Source: Candidatus Liptonbacteria bacterium
GTDB lineage: Bacteria; Patescibacteriota; Minisyncoccia; UBA6257; 2-01-FULL-56-20
Assembly: GCA_016194445.1 (NCBI GenBank)
Contig: JACQBP010000045.1
Coordinates: 1 to 44,847 of the forward strand
Length of the DNA stretch: 44,847 nucleotides
Direction: 5' to 3'
This document shows positions 16,471 to 26,416 of the stretch, one piece after another (within the stretch, counting starts at the first letter, position 1; every line of letters begins with the position of its first letter). A model generated the notes under the pieces. The model was not told the DNA's origin, searched no databases, and saw only the letters and a program-made list of their open reading frames with translations. The position numbers and the translations under genes are program-made.

Positions 16471-17034
16471 TCATATCGGAGGCAATTCCGAAGTAGGTTT
16501 TTCGAGCCACGCTCGATTTCGTCTGCACCACCAGCGGGCCTGCCACAAAGTCTTCAGACAAATTGCCCCCACTTCGCGGATCGAAGAAAAAATCAGGTTC
16601 TCGGTGTGCCAAACTCCTGCAACCTTGATTGGCTTCCGAAAACCGTTCCGTTGAAGAAACCGAACAATCATCGCCACCCTCGGCGCATGATACCAAGAAG
16701 TAACTATGACGATTGAGTTGAACTCATTCTTCGACCCCACCAGACGGATTATCTCAACGACGTCCCGAAAAGTGTCACTGCTTTCGGCCCAATCACTGAT
16801 AATCAGTCTGGATTCGTCAGGAACTAATCCTTCCCCAAGCATAACCCACTTAATATGCTCGGCGTGGATCTCTCTTCCATTCGGAGGTTTCCCTCCGGTA
16901 AGCACGAGCGACACTTGGTCGTTCCCTCGAGCAAGATCAACTGCGAAATGAATCCGGTACCACTCGTGCACACCAACTCGATCCCCTTCGACCCAACAAG
17001 CCAAAGGGCAAACCGCGGTTTTCCCGAGTTCCAA
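16471..17034 (-). CDS. YdcF/ElyC (DUF218)-like protein
   Basis: LTGG and IVTSWYHAPR motifs; AAGGAGGTGAT SD, TTGACA-17-TATCAT promoter, terminator at ~16424-16465. Confidence 0.7.
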   Translation of the reverse strand: MELGKTAVCPLACWVEGDRVGVHEWYRIHFAVDLARGNDQVSLVLTGGKPPNGREIHAEHIKWVMLGEGLVPDESRLIISDWAESSDTFRDVVEIIRLVGSKNEFNSIVIVTSWYHAPRVAMIVRFLQRNGFRKPIKVAGVWHTENLIFSSIREVGAICLKTLWQARWWCRRNRAWLEKPTSELPPI

Positions 17035-17150
17035 TCCCGATCACCTCCTTGTGGTTGGTTTGGTAAAGCAACGACTCAAAAAGCCAACCTAATGATAATA
17101 CGAAATCAAGTAATTGTCAAATCAAACATAAACTGCTCAAAAAGCAAAGC

Positions 17151-17286
17151 GCAAATAAGATATTTCTTTTGCGCGGCTCGGAGGCCGAGCGGGCAGGGTT
17201 CGAGCGTAGCGAGAGAGCGAGGCCGGAGCGCCAGCGAAAGTTCTCGCTGGGAACTTGAGCGGTAGCCAAAGGAATATCTTATTTGC
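17151..17286 (+). repeat. Dispersed structured element family A, copy 2
   Basis: Same terminal inverted repeat with a compensatory C-G to T-A change; one internal hairpin swapped relative to copy 1. Confidence 0.85.
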
Positions 17287-17294
17287 ACCGCACC

Positions 17295-19670
17295 TCACTC
17301 CCTCAACCTCCGATAAATTTCCTTTTCTATCTCCTGCCGGTCAGCCCCGTATTTCAGTCTCGAATACTCCTTAAGTTTATAGGCCGCCTCGGCGTTTCCC
17401 TTCTCGACCGGCAAAGTCTTGATATTAAAAGGCTTTGAGGTTTCACCGTTTATCAAAATTTTCGCGTAAGCGTTGAAATTGTCGATATTGACCAAATCGC
17501 TCCGGTCAAAAGTCGGCTCGAACTGCTTGAGTAAAAATTCCGCGTCCTGCACCCCCACCCGAAAAACAATCTGACTGCCAACGTTGCCAAAAACCGCGTC
17601 TCTAATTTTTTCTGTGAGTTGCGCGATAAACTGGTGCGCCATCGTGAGACTCAACCGATATTTCCTGGCTTCCGAAAGAATGGTGGAAATCGATTCGGTT
17701 GTAAAATTCTGGAATTCATCAATGTATAAATTAAAATCTCTCCTCTTCGATGCATCGGGAATATCCACCCGAGAGAGCGCCGCCATCAGCATTTTCCCTG
17801 TAAAAACCATCCCCAAAAGTCCCGCGTTAATATCCCCAATCCTGCCTTTTGAAAGATTAATGAGTATGATCTTCCCCTCATCCATCGCTTGCCGAAAATT
17901 AAACGCGGACTTCGCCTGCCCAATAATCGGCCGCATGTAGTCATTCGAAATAAAATTATTAAACTTCGAAGTGATGTAAGGCGTCATATTCGCAAGCGAC
18001 GCCTCCCCGCCGGCCTTAATGGCCTCTTTTTCCCAAAAATCAATCACCACTGGATTCTGAATTCTAGCCAGTTTCCGTTTACGATATTCTGTGTCCGTAA
18101 ATATTCTAGGCACTTCGATTAAAGTCGCCGGTTCGTTCGGCAAGTCTTCCATCAAAAGCAGAAGCGCGTTGCGCATATACTGCTCAAACATCGGCCCCAT
18201 TGTCTCCTGCGAAAACAGTTTATTAAAAATGCTCTGCATCTCATTTACGATAAAAGTTTTCTCTTCCGGCCGGCCAAAATTGTAATCGAGCATGTTGAGT
18301 CCCAGTGGCCGATCTAAATCCGCTGGATCAAAATAAATCACGTCCTCCATTCTCTCCGGCGGAATCTGGCCCAAAACTTCCTCCACCAAATCCCCGTGAG
18401 GATCAATCATCGCCACTCCAAAACCCCGCGTGATGTCGTGAATCAACATGTTGGTCATCAGGGTCGATTTCCCGGTTCCAGTTTGACCGATAATATAAAT
18501 ATGCCGCCGGCGGTCCTCTTCGGTGATATAAACCGGTTCGTACTCGCCGCGGAAACTGGTCCGGCCAATCAAAATTCCAGTCGCCGGCAAATTCGCTGGC
18601 GGCGGCGCTTCCTTGGACTTCAGCCACTTCACTTTCGGCGCCTCGGTGGTCGCGCTCGGCAAATGGAAAAAGCTCGCGATCTCCTCGCTGTTTAAAACCA
18701 TGGCCTGTTTGTTCTCGAAATTCCGGAAGCTAAAATCGTAAACCAAACCCTTAGAATTCTTGGGCTTTGCCACCTTAAATTCATTCCTCCTTGGAGCGCC
18801 AAATTGAGCCAAACCCGCCAAAAATCCATCCAAAATATCGCTGGCCTGAAAAGGAGTCGCCGCCGAAGTGACCAGTCGCAAGTTAACTTTAAAAAGCGGC
18901 TTGGAGATTTTAGCCTCAAGTGCCTTCACGCCTTCTTCGTCCACCACCTTCATCGCCTTATTCTCTTGTCTTTCCTCAAGTTTTTTCGGACTCAAGGCTT
19001 CGCTAATCATCTTGAAACCAAAACCGCTACCAAAAAGATTTTCCCAAGACTCCCCTTTCTTTAAATGCTCCACGAGATCGTAAACTCTTTTTTTGACATC
19101 TTGCCCCCCGGGTCGAATCAAAAGTTGAATCGCCGCTCCTTCGCCCACCTCGTTCACTTTGGAGAAACCGCCCACAATCGAAGAAAAAGAATCCGCTTCG
19201 AGCTCTCGATAAGTCCGGATCGGCAAAACTGAATCTTCTTTTTGCAAAACATAAGCCACGGCCACGGCGCCCTCCGGATTAAAAATGTTATAGTCCTGGT
19301 TGGCTGGCTCCACCACCGCTCCGCTCCAAAGCCCTTGAACCTGTTTCGCCGCCACCTCGCTCATGGTCTTAGGCACCGCCAAATAAAAATGAATTTCTTC
19401 GCCGATATGCGGCACCGCCGCCTCAAAGCCAAAAGTCTTCCTCATCGAACTCAAGTTGCTCACTAACTTCTCAAATTTGTTAATCTCTAATCGAAAATCT
19501 TTTTCCCGACCGCCCTCGCTCAGCATCTCTTCCCTAGGTATCTTGATCAAGAATAAACTCAAACCTAAAGCTGCGAGCACCGAACGCTTTCTTAAATATC
19601 GAAAAATAAAATAACCGCCCCCCACGACCGCTATTCCCAAAACACTTCCTAGGAAAAAGTTTAGGAACAT
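17295..19670 (-). CDS. VirD4/TraD/HerA-like membrane-anchored ATPase
   Basis: N-terminal TM; GQTGTGKS Walker A, IDPHGD, LYIDEFQNF Walker B, SEARKY, AHQ. Confidence 0.88.
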   Translation of the reverse strand: MFLNFFLGSVLGIAVVGGGYFIFRYLRKRSVLAALGLSLFLIKIPREEMLSEGGREKDFRLEINKFEKLVSNLSSMRKTFGFEAAVPHIGEEIHFYLAVPKTMSEVAAKQVQGLWSGAVVEPANQDYNIFNPEGAVAVAYVLQKEDSVLPIRTYRELEADSFSSIVGGFSKVNEVGEGAAIQLLIRPGGQDVKKRVYDLVEHLKKGESWENLFGSGFGFKMISEALSPKKLEERQENKAMKVVDEEGVKALEAKISKPLFKVNLRLVTSAATPFQASDILDGFLAGLAQFGAPRRNEFKVAKPKNSKGLVYDFSFRNFENKQAMVLNSEEIASFFHLPSATTEAPKVKWLKSKEAPPPANLPATGILIGRTSFRGEYEPVYITEEDRRRHIYIIGQTGTGKSTLMTNMLIHDITRGFGVAMIDPHGDLVEEVLGQIPPERMEDVIYFDPADLDRPLGLNMLDYNFGRPEEKTFIVNEMQSIFNKLFSQETMGPMFEQYMRNALLLLMEDLPNEPATLIEVPRIFTDTEYRKRKLARIQNPVVIDFWEKEAIKAGGEASLANMTPYITSKFNNFISNDYMRPIIGQAKSAFNFRQAMDEGKIILINLSKGRIGDINAGLLGMVFTGKMLMAALSRVDIPDASKRRDFNLYIDEFQNFTTESISTILSEARKYRLSLTMAHQFIAQLTEKIRDAVFGNVGSQIVFRVGVQDAEFLLKQFEPTFDRSDLVNIDNFNAYAKILINGETSKPFNIKTLPVEKGNAEAAYKLKEYSRLKYGADRQEIEKEIYRRLRE

Positions 19671-19677
19671 AACTTGA

Positions 19678-20097
19678 TCATTTTAAAAGTCCTCTTCTTT
19701 TAAACTCATCGTAAAGTTTACCCGCCAAAGCGTCATGAAAAGTATCCAAAACAAAAGGACTCGACTGACTGGCTTCTTTGACCGCTTTCATCACCCCCTC
19801 GCTTAAAGCTTTCGAAATGAGATGTTCCACTTCAAGTTTAGCGGAAGGCGGAGCGCTCTCTGCATAATTTGGTAAGGCTCCAGCCGACTGATCATCTTGG
19901 ACTTTATTAGGAGCCGCGGGTGGTGGCGTACTCGCCTGGAGCGCCTTTTTCAAAAGCTCCCGCCCGCCCAAATTTAGGGTCTCGGCAGCCTTTTTTTGCT
20001 TCTCCACTTCTTCTTGAATCTGCCTTACTTCAGCCTCAAAATTCTCGTTTTTGAACTCTGGGGAAAACTGGTCTGGCATAGCTTTAGAAATCCACAA
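19678..20097 (-). CDS. Conserved-looking hypothetical protein (start may be ATG of MPDQF)
   Basis: C-terminal PFVLDTFHDAL...L; operonic with the ATPase. Confidence 0.75.
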   Translation of the reverse strand: MWISKAMPDQFSPEFKNENFEAEVRQIQEEVEKQKKAAETLNLGGRELLKKALQASTPPPAAPNKVQDDQSAGALPNYAESAPPSAKLEVEHLISKALSEGVMKAVKEASQSSPFVLDTFHDALAGKLYDEFKRRGLLK

Positions 20098-20275
20098 GCT
20101 TGAAGTTTCTAACTACAGTATAATTACTTTGGGTTTGAAACCCGGAAACGATTAAGCTCGTGGCTTATTCTTTTTTTAATTATACCAAACATAGCTACGA
20201 AATACGAATTTGTACAAATATACAAATAAAAAAATCCGTATATTCGTAGGTCATTCGTAATCCGTAGAGTAATTC

Positions 20276-21898
20276 ATGACTAGATACATCTTCGTGGTCG
20301 GCGGCGTCATGTCCGGTATTGGCAAGGGCATTGCCACCGCTTCAATCGCCTCGCTTTTGGAAAACCGCGGCTACAACGTCACCGCCGTCAAAATCGATCC
20401 CTACATCAACGTTGACGCCGGCACCATGAACCCCATCGAACACGGGGAAGTTTTTGTGACCGAAGATGGCCTCGAATCCGATCAAGATCTCGGCAACTAC
20501 GAACGTTTTTTAAATAAAAACATTTATCGGACTAACTATATGACCACCGGGCTGGTCTACAAAACCGTCATCGAAGCCGAGCGCGCCTTGAAGTATGACG
20601 GCAAGTGTGTCGAAGTCGTGCCTCATATTCCCGAAGAAGTTATCCGCCGGATTAAACTCGCCGCCAAAAAATCCAAAGCGGATTTTGTTTTGGTAGAAAT
20701 CGGCGGCACGGTTGGCGAATACCAAAACATTTTATACCTCGAAGCCGCTCGGATGATGAAAATTGAAAACCCGAACGCCGTCATTTTTGTTTTAGTGAGT
20801 TACTTGCCTGTCCCCGGAAATTTGGGCGAAATGAAAACCAAACCCACTCAATACGCTGTCCGCACGTTAAATTCCGCCGGCCTCCAGCCCGACATCATCA
20901 TCGCGCGCTCTTCCGCCTCTCTCGACGAACCCCGCAAGAAAAAACTTTCCATTTTCTGCAACATCCCAGCCGAAAATATCGTCTCTGCCCCGGATGTCAA
21001 AAGCATCTACGAAGTTCCGATTAACTTCGAGCGTGAACAGCTCACCTTAAGAATTTTAAAAAAATTTGGGCTTCAAGCCAAAAGAAACGGCCACACCCCT
21101 TGGTCCAAACTCATTCAAAAAATCGCCCGCGCTAAAAAAGAAGTTAAAATCGGCATCGTTGGCAAATACTTCGACACTGGCAAGTTCACGCTCTCCGATT
21201 CCTACATCTCCGTGATCGAAGCCATCAAACACGCTTCCTGGGCTGAAGGCGCCATTCCTAAGATCGATTGGCTAAACGCTAAAGATTTTGAAACCAAACC
21301 AAACGCCGTCAAAAGTCTTTCTGGGTATGACGGCATTATCGTCCCCGGCGGCTTCGGTTCACGGGGTGTCGAAGGCAAAATCAAAGCCATTAAATACGCC
21401 CGCGAACACAAGATTCCCTACTTTGGCCTCTGCTACGGCATGCAACTCGCCACCGTCGAATTCGCCCGCGATGTCGCCGGTATGAAAAACGCCAATTCGA
21501 CTGAAATTAACCCCAAAACTCCGTATCCCATAATCGATATCCTCCCCGAACAAATCAAAAACCTCTCCGAAAAGAACCTCGGTGGCTCCATGCGCCTCGG
21601 CGCCTACAAATGCCGCCTGGTCAAAAACACCATTGCTTTAAAAGCTTATGGCAAACCGCTCATCAGCGAACGCCATCGCCATCGCTACGAAGTCAACAAC
21701 AAACTCCGCGACAAGCTGGAAAAATCCGGCCTCATTTTCTCCGGTCTGAATCCCGAAAAAAATTTAGTGGAAATTATTGAGTTAAAAAACCATCCCTTCT
21801 TCGTCGGCGTCCAATTCCATCCCGAGCTAAAGTCACGTCCCTTCGACCCGCACCCTTTGTTTTTAGAATTCATCAAAGCCGCTCTTAGAAAAAAATAG
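20276..21898 (+). CDS. pyrG: CTP synthase
   Basis: GGVMSGIGKG, DPYINVDAGTM, KTKPTQ, GLCYGMQ, RHRHRYE, QFHPE. Confidence 0.98.
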   Translation: MTRYIFVVGGVMSGIGKGIATASIASLLENRGYNVTAVKIDPYINVDAGTMNPIEHGEVFVTEDGLESDQDLGNYERFLNKNIYRTNYMTTGLVYKTVIEAERALKYDGKCVEVVPHIPEEVIRRIKLAAKKSKADFVLVEIGGTVGEYQNILYLEAARMMKIENPNAVIFVLVSYLPVPGNLGEMKTKPTQYAVRTLNSAGLQPDIIIARSSASLDEPRKKKLSIFCNIPAENIVSAPDVKSIYEVPINFEREQLTLRILKKFGLQAKRNGHTPWSKLIQKIARAKKEVKIGIVGKYFDTGKFTLSDSYISVIEAIKHASWAEGAIPKIDWLNAKDFETKPNAVKSLSGYDGIIVPGGFGSRGVEGKIKAIKYAREHKIPYFGLCYGMQLATVEFARDVAGMKNANSTEINPKTPYPIIDILPEQIKNLSEKNLGGSMRLGAYKCRLVKNTIALKAYGKPLISERHRHRYEVNNKLRDKLEKSGLIFSGLNPEKNLVEIIELKNHPFFVGVQFHPELKSRPFDPHPLFLEFIKAALRKK

Positions 21899-21933
21899 AG
21901 GGGCGGTTCGGCATCCCAAACCTCTCCCCTCAT

Positions 21934-22020
21934 GTTTCCCCTTATCGAAGCTTTCCCGTAGAGTCTCCTACCCCATGAAACCAATTTAGGAGTCCCTGTC
22001 TAGCTCTTTCGCGAGGAAAC
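21934..22020 (-). repeat. Hairpin element after pyrG, possibly an inverted-orientation relative of family B
   Basis: GTTTCC/GGAAAC closure; minus strand has CTCCTA-AATTGGT-hairpin-TAGGAG. Confidence 0.4.
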
Positions 22021-22172
22021 TAAGAAAGTTTATCACTCTCAAAAATAAACCGCAAGATTATTGAAAAAAATCTAAGTTGGAGCAATTTATTCAAAACGTC
22101 CGCGAGGAAAACAAAAACCCGCCGTTCGCATTTCGCTACTAGGCGGGGAACTACTGTGAGTGTCGTTCACTT

Positions 22173-22547
22173 CTAACACCCTTTAGACTCACGAGAAGCT
22201 TGAACGGCTCGGAGATCCTTCATGAGATTCCGCACTTCTCGTCGCAAATCACCGAGTTGGACATATACAGCTTGAAGTCTGCTGATATGTAATTCTTTCA
22301 CTGGATTCTTCTGCTGCTCCGGTTGTGAGTTAAGAATATCAAGCGCACAGAGAACCCTGAATCTGGTTTCCGTTTTACCCTCACCCCGCAACCAACGATA
22401 CACCGTGACGCGGCTAAGATGGTAAAACATCGGATAGTTCCTAAGCACTCGAGTGATAGCATCCCAGGAGCCGTACTGCCTAAGAGCAGCTTCTAGTTGC
22501 TCTTTCACATCTACTAATGGTTTAGGAATGGACCTTTCTCGCTTCAT
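22173..22547 (-). CDS. Hypothetical protein with HTH-like motif and C-terminal coiled coil
   Basis: LSRVTVYRWLRGE; promoter TTGACG-17-TATAGG, purine-rich SD, terminator at ~22113-22148. Confidence 0.65.
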   Translation of the reverse strand: MKRERSIPKPLVDVKEQLEAALRQYGSWDAITRVLRNYPMFYHLSRVTVYRWLRGEGKTETRFRVLCALDILNSQPEQQKNPVKELHISRLQAVYVQLGDLRREVRNLMKDLRAVQASRESKGC

Positions 22548-22725
22548 ACCCTTTCCCCTCTCGTTTAAAAGACCTACATAGTGAACTACTTATCCTATAG
22601 CACTACTTGAACTCAGCGTCAAGCAAAACTGGAGAATTCTCACTTCGAAAGTGCGGCTAAAAAAGAAGCCGCCACTAGGATTAAGTGACGGCGACTGTAA
22701 GACCGGCGAGGTTCTTTCTTGTTTA

Positions 22726-22956
22726 TTAGGCTGGTAATACGACTCCCACCAGCGTAATAACGACCACACCGAGCAACCACAGACATGCAGGCTTGAGAAG
22801 TTTCCAGTTGGCTTGGTCGTCCAGGTCACAACCGTTGCAGGCATAATATCCGGTTGCGCCCACGAAGAATATGATCAACCTGAGCGCGGCCATCACGCCG
22901 CAAACCAGCCAAGCCATCCCAAGCAACTGCGTAGCAAGAGAAAATGGCTCATCCAT
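22726..22956 (-). CDS. Small two-TM hypothetical protein (start MDEPF)
   Basis: GGAGG SD before ATG 22956; TTGCTT-16-TATAAC promoter inside the longer ORF; CNGC loop. Confidence 0.6.
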   Translation of the reverse strand: MDEPFSLATQLLGMAWLVCGVMAALRLIIFFVGATGYYACNGCDLDDQANWKLLKPACLWLLGVVVITLVGVVLPA

Positions 22957-23065
22957 GTAACTAGCCTCCGCTTTGGGGTTTAACCTACCGAAAACCAGCT
23001 TTGTGCTGTTTAGAGTTATACCAAAATCAAGCCAAAAAGCAAGGCTAGGGACCATAGTAACTTTT

Positions 23066-23195
23066 GTAAAACTTTTACTTTCCGAAACCCCGCAGCCGGC
23101 TAGCTTGGTGTCGCCTTAGGCGACTCGTCGAGCGAGGACAGGATTATCCGCCGCTGGAGCGGATAATCCGAGGTTGAGGAAAGAAAAAGTTTTAC
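23066..23195 (+). repeat. Dispersed structured element family B
   Basis: Closing stem, GCTTGGT bulge, GTCGCC-TTA-GGCGAC hairpin, GC-closed CGCTGGA loop; near-identical to 36960-37095. Confidence 0.85.
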
Positions 23196-23202
23196 GCTCA
23201 AC

Positions 23203-23514
23203 CTAAATCTTGGTTATTTCTAACTCCGTATACGGTTGCCGATGCCCCTTCTTTTTTCTATATCTAGTCTTCGAGTGATACCGAAAAATGATTTTCTTTT
23301 TATCCCGCCCCTGATTTAAAACCTTCGCCTCCACTTTTTCTCCCGAAAGATAGGGGGTTCCCACTTCCACCCTATCGCCATCCGCTTTAAGTAAAACTTT
23401 ATCAAAAATAAGAGCGCCGCCAGTTTCAGCTTTTAGTCTTTCCACTTTTAACTTGTCTCCAACGGAAACTTTGTACTGCTTTCCGCCTGTTTCAATTACA
23501 GAAAAATTTTTCAT
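23203..23514 (-). CDS. rplU: 50S ribosomal protein L21
   Basis: VIETGGKQYKV, GTPY, KKGHRQPYT. Confidence 0.97.
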   Translation of the reverse strand: MKNFSVIETGGKQYKVSVGDKLKVERLKAETGGALIFDKVLLKADGDRVEVGTPYLSGEKVEAKVLNQGRDKKKIIFRYHSKTRYRKKKGHRQPYTELEITKI

Positions 23515-23545
23515 AGGTATTTCTTATTCTTCTTTTTACCCCCTA

Positions 23546-23690
23546 AGCGAAACTTTTATTTTGAAAGAGCTCGCGGAGACCGTAAAAGCTTGGTCCCCGT
23601 CGTAACGGGGTTTTACGGTCGAGCGCGCAGGCGGGCTTTGGCCGCTGGAGCCAAAGAACCGCCGGTCTTTCAAAACAAAAGTTGAGCGCT
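23546..23690 (+). repeat. Dispersed structured element family B (stems replaced, loops conserved)
   Basis: GACCGTAAAA-GCTTGGT-hairpin-TTTTACGGTC; TTTGGC-CGCTGGA-GCCAAA. Confidence 0.8.
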
Positions 23691-24039
23691 AATTCACCGA
23701 TATAATAGCCGCAAAGTAAATAAAAATCAAGATGCTCAAAAAGAGGGTAAAAGCGGAAGCTAATTTAGCCAAAAACTTATCTCTAAGCTCCAACTCATAA
23801 GCAATCAGAAAATTAACCATAACGACTAGGATCCCAAAAAGCCCCACCTTCGCCAAGTCCCAAGCGTAACCCACTTGGTTGATGCCGGAGATATTGCTGA
23901 AATGAATGATGAGCGGCAAAGATATAGTCCTTAAAGCCAAATACGCCCACAACCACCCGCCCAAAACAAAAACCAAACTGACCACAAAACTTAAGTTATT
24001 AAATTTCGAACTAAAAATTTTCCGGAATGTTTGATTCAT
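23689..24039 (-). CDS. Small membrane protein (3 TM)
   Basis: PLIIHFS...GI loop between TM helices; follows mrdA. Confidence 0.75.
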   Translation of the reverse strand: MNQTFRKIFSSKFNNLSFVVSLVFVLGGWLWAYLALRTISLPLIIHFSNISGINQVGYAWDLAKVGLFGILVVMVNFLIAYELELRDKFLAKLASAFTLFLSILIFIYFAAIISVN

Positions 24040-25960
24040 AATCGTTGATGTTTTTATTCTCCTGATTAACTTTCGTCATTCTATTCAAATAATACCAATC
24101 TAAAACATCTTTCGCAATCGGCACCGCGTTTAAACTCCCTTCTTTAGAGTTTTCAACCAAAACTAGAATGCTGATCTCTGGATTTTGAGCGGGCGCGTAA
24201 CCCACAAAAAAAGCGTTTTCTTGGCTGTTATTCCTTATCTGAGCGCTGCCAGTTTTAGCGGCCACCTTAAAAGGCAAATCGTGAAGCGCGTAAGCGGTTC
24301 CGAGTGGGGAAGTGACCGCCCTTTCCATTCCTTTTTGAACTTCTTTGATGACGGAAGTGCCAACCGCCGACAGATCTTTAACCGCTTTCGGTTGATGAAA
24401 ACCATTCACCAAAAAAGTTTGATACACCTCTCCCCCATTCGCCACCGCGCCGATGTAGCTCAAAAGCTGGAGTGGGGTCACTAAAAGATCGCCCTGCCCA
24501 ATCGCAACATTATAAGTGTCACCCAAAAGCCAAGGTTTGCCCGTCTTCTTTTCCCGACTTAATGCATCCGGCAGAGAACCGGCCGCCTCCCCAAACAAAT
24601 CGATGCCGTTCGGAATCCCCAAACCAAACTTCTGCCACCACTCCTTGAGTTTGTTGATGCCCAAACCTTTGACTCCCTCCTGTCCCGCCGCCGCCCGGGG
24701 CGGCGACCCTCCGCCTACGATGTAAAAATAAACATTACTCGATTGAGCCAGCGCCGAAGCTAAGTTCACCTGGCCCTGATAACGCCAATCCAAAAATCGA
24801 GTCGGTTCGTCCGGGTTGTATGGATTTGGGACATCCAAATATCCCGGCGAAAAAATTTCCCTTTCGGGAGTAATCACCCCTTCGCTAAGCGCCGCGATGG
24901 CATGCAACGGCTTGATCGTCGAACCCGGCGAGTAAAGACCGCCAATGGCTCGGTTAAAAAGAGGTTTGAGGGGCGCACTAAGCAACTCGGCTACCGCCTT
25001 ACTCGTCGAGGCAGAATTAAAAATACCGTTATCGTAACTCGGCAAGTTAACCATGGCGAGTACCCGACCGTCTCTTGGATCAATCGCCAGACCCACTCCC
25101 ACCTTCCGACCCAAACTCTCTAACCCTTGCTTTAAGCGACTATAAAAGTAAGTTTGAAAATCCGCGTCGATCGTTAAGTGCAACTCTTGGCCAATTTCTG
25201 ATTCCTTGCCTTTTTTCTGATCGAGGACATTGCCTCTCGCGTCTCGAACCTTAACCGACGTGCCCGGTTTTCCTCGAAGTTTGTTTTCATAAAAAGCTTC
25301 GAGGCCGGCTTTGCCCACAAAATCCCGGCCGCCTAAATTCGGATACCGTTTTAAATCTTCCGCGCTGGCGATCCCAGTGTAACCCACGACCGATGCAAAC
25401 ACCGGTCCCTGCGGGTAGTGGCGATCAAAGCCGCGGCTGACTAAAATTACGGTGGAATCCAAACTTTCCAGTTTTATCAGTTGGCTTTGACTTAAATCAG
25501 CGTTCAAAAGAATCGTATCGCTAAAAACCCCCTGATTATTCTCTTCAATTAAATGCCAAAAATCGTCCGCGCTAATTCCTAAAACCTCCCCGGCCACCTT
25601 AAGAGTCTGATTCTGCAAATCGCTCCTCCGAAGAAATTCTCTCACGTTGAGAAAAGCCAAGAAAACCGGCCGATTTTCGGCCAAAACCTTACCTCGCGCG
25701 TCATAGATAATTCCCCTCGGAGCCGGCAACCTCTGGACTTCGCTTAAGTTAGCCAACGCTCGAGCCTTATAAAAACTGCTCTCGAAAGCCAGTAAGATAA
25801 TTTTCACCGTCGCCCCCAAACCCACTAAAAAAACTATCACCCCGAGATAAAATAAAATTTGCTGATTGAGCGGCGCTTCCGTCACCCCCAAGTCTCGCAC
25901 CCAGTCATCTCCCAAAGACTCTTCTAAAGCCAAATCTCTTTTTTTTCTGAACTTAAACAT
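24011..25960 (-). CDS. mrdA: Penicillin-binding protein 2
   Basis: APRGIIYD, PGSTIK (SxxK), SSN, KTG; in the mreBCD operon. Confidence 0.93.
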   Translation of the reverse strand: MFKFRKKRDLALEESLGDDWVRDLGVTEAPLNQQILFYLGVIVFLVGLGATVKIILLAFESSFYKARALANLSEVQRLPAPRGIIYDARGKVLAENRPVFLAFLNVREFLRRSDLQNQTLKVAGEVLGISADDFWHLIEENNQGVFSDTILLNADLSQSQLIKLESLDSTVILVSRGFDRHYPQGPVFASVVGYTGIASAEDLKRYPNLGGRDFVGKAGLEAFYENKLRGKPGTSVKVRDARGNVLDQKKGKESEIGQELHLTIDADFQTYFYSRLKQGLESLGRKVGVGLAIDPRDGRVLAMVNLPSYDNGIFNSASTSKAVAELLSAPLKPLFNRAIGGLYSPGSTIKPLHAIAALSEGVITPEREIFSPGYLDVPNPYNPDEPTRFLDWRYQGQVNLASALAQSSNVYFYIVGGGSPPRAAAGQEGVKGLGINKLKEWWQKFGLGIPNGIDLFGEAAGSLPDALSREKKTGKPWLLGDTYNVAIGQGDLLVTPLQLLSYIGAVANGGEVYQTFLVNGFHQPKAVKDLSAVGTSVIKEVQKGMERAVTSPLGTAYALHDLPFKVAAKTGSAQIRNNSQENAFFVGYAPAQNPEISILVLVENSKEGSLNAVPIAKDVLDWYYLNRMTKVNQENKNINDYESNIPENF

Positions 25961-26416
25961 CTAAGTTGAGGTGAAAAGATTATTTAAAAATAAAAAAATG
26001 ATCGCTCCAAAAAGTAAGTCCGCTCCCAAAATCTGCAAGAGTATTCTCAAATTCACCGTCAAAAAAGAAAAGTCAACTAAAGCGTAAAAAATCAGTACCC
26101 CGAAAAAAACGGCCAAAAAAACACCGAGCCACAATTTACCTCGGAAAAAGCGGTGGCCGAAAAATGAAAGCGCGGGTAGAACCGCTAAAGCCATCATTTC
26201 TAAACTTAAAGCGGGTTGCCAATTCAACCATAAAATTGCGACCAAAATAAGAAACGTGAGTTTCCAAAAATCGACAAAAAAGGCCAAGACTAAAAGCGCC
26301 ACCAAAATAAAATCCGGATGTAAATTTGAGGCGCTAAAAAATGCTCCCAAAAAAATAGCTAGGAGCAAAACCAAGGAAGCGAAAAACAGATTCACTCTCT
26401 CTTGTTCAGGGTTCAT
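25961..26416 (-). CDS. mreD: MreD-like membrane protein (start MNPEQ, ATGA overlap with mreC)
   Basis: Hydrophobic 151 aa with PDFIL motif, between mreC and mrdA. Confidence 0.7.
   Translation of the reverse strand: MNPEQERVNLFFASLVLLLAIFLGAFFSASNLHPDFILVALLVLAFFVDFWKLTFLILVAILWLNWQPALSLEMMALAVLPALSFFGHRFFRGKLWLGVFLAVFFGVLIFYALVDFSFLTVNLRILLQILGADLLFGAIIFLFLNNLFTST

Noticed and set aside
17295-19670. Conjugative element suggested by the VirD4-like ATPase
   Set aside because: No relaxase, VirB genes, integrase or att sites; it sits among housekeeping genes with host-like codon style.
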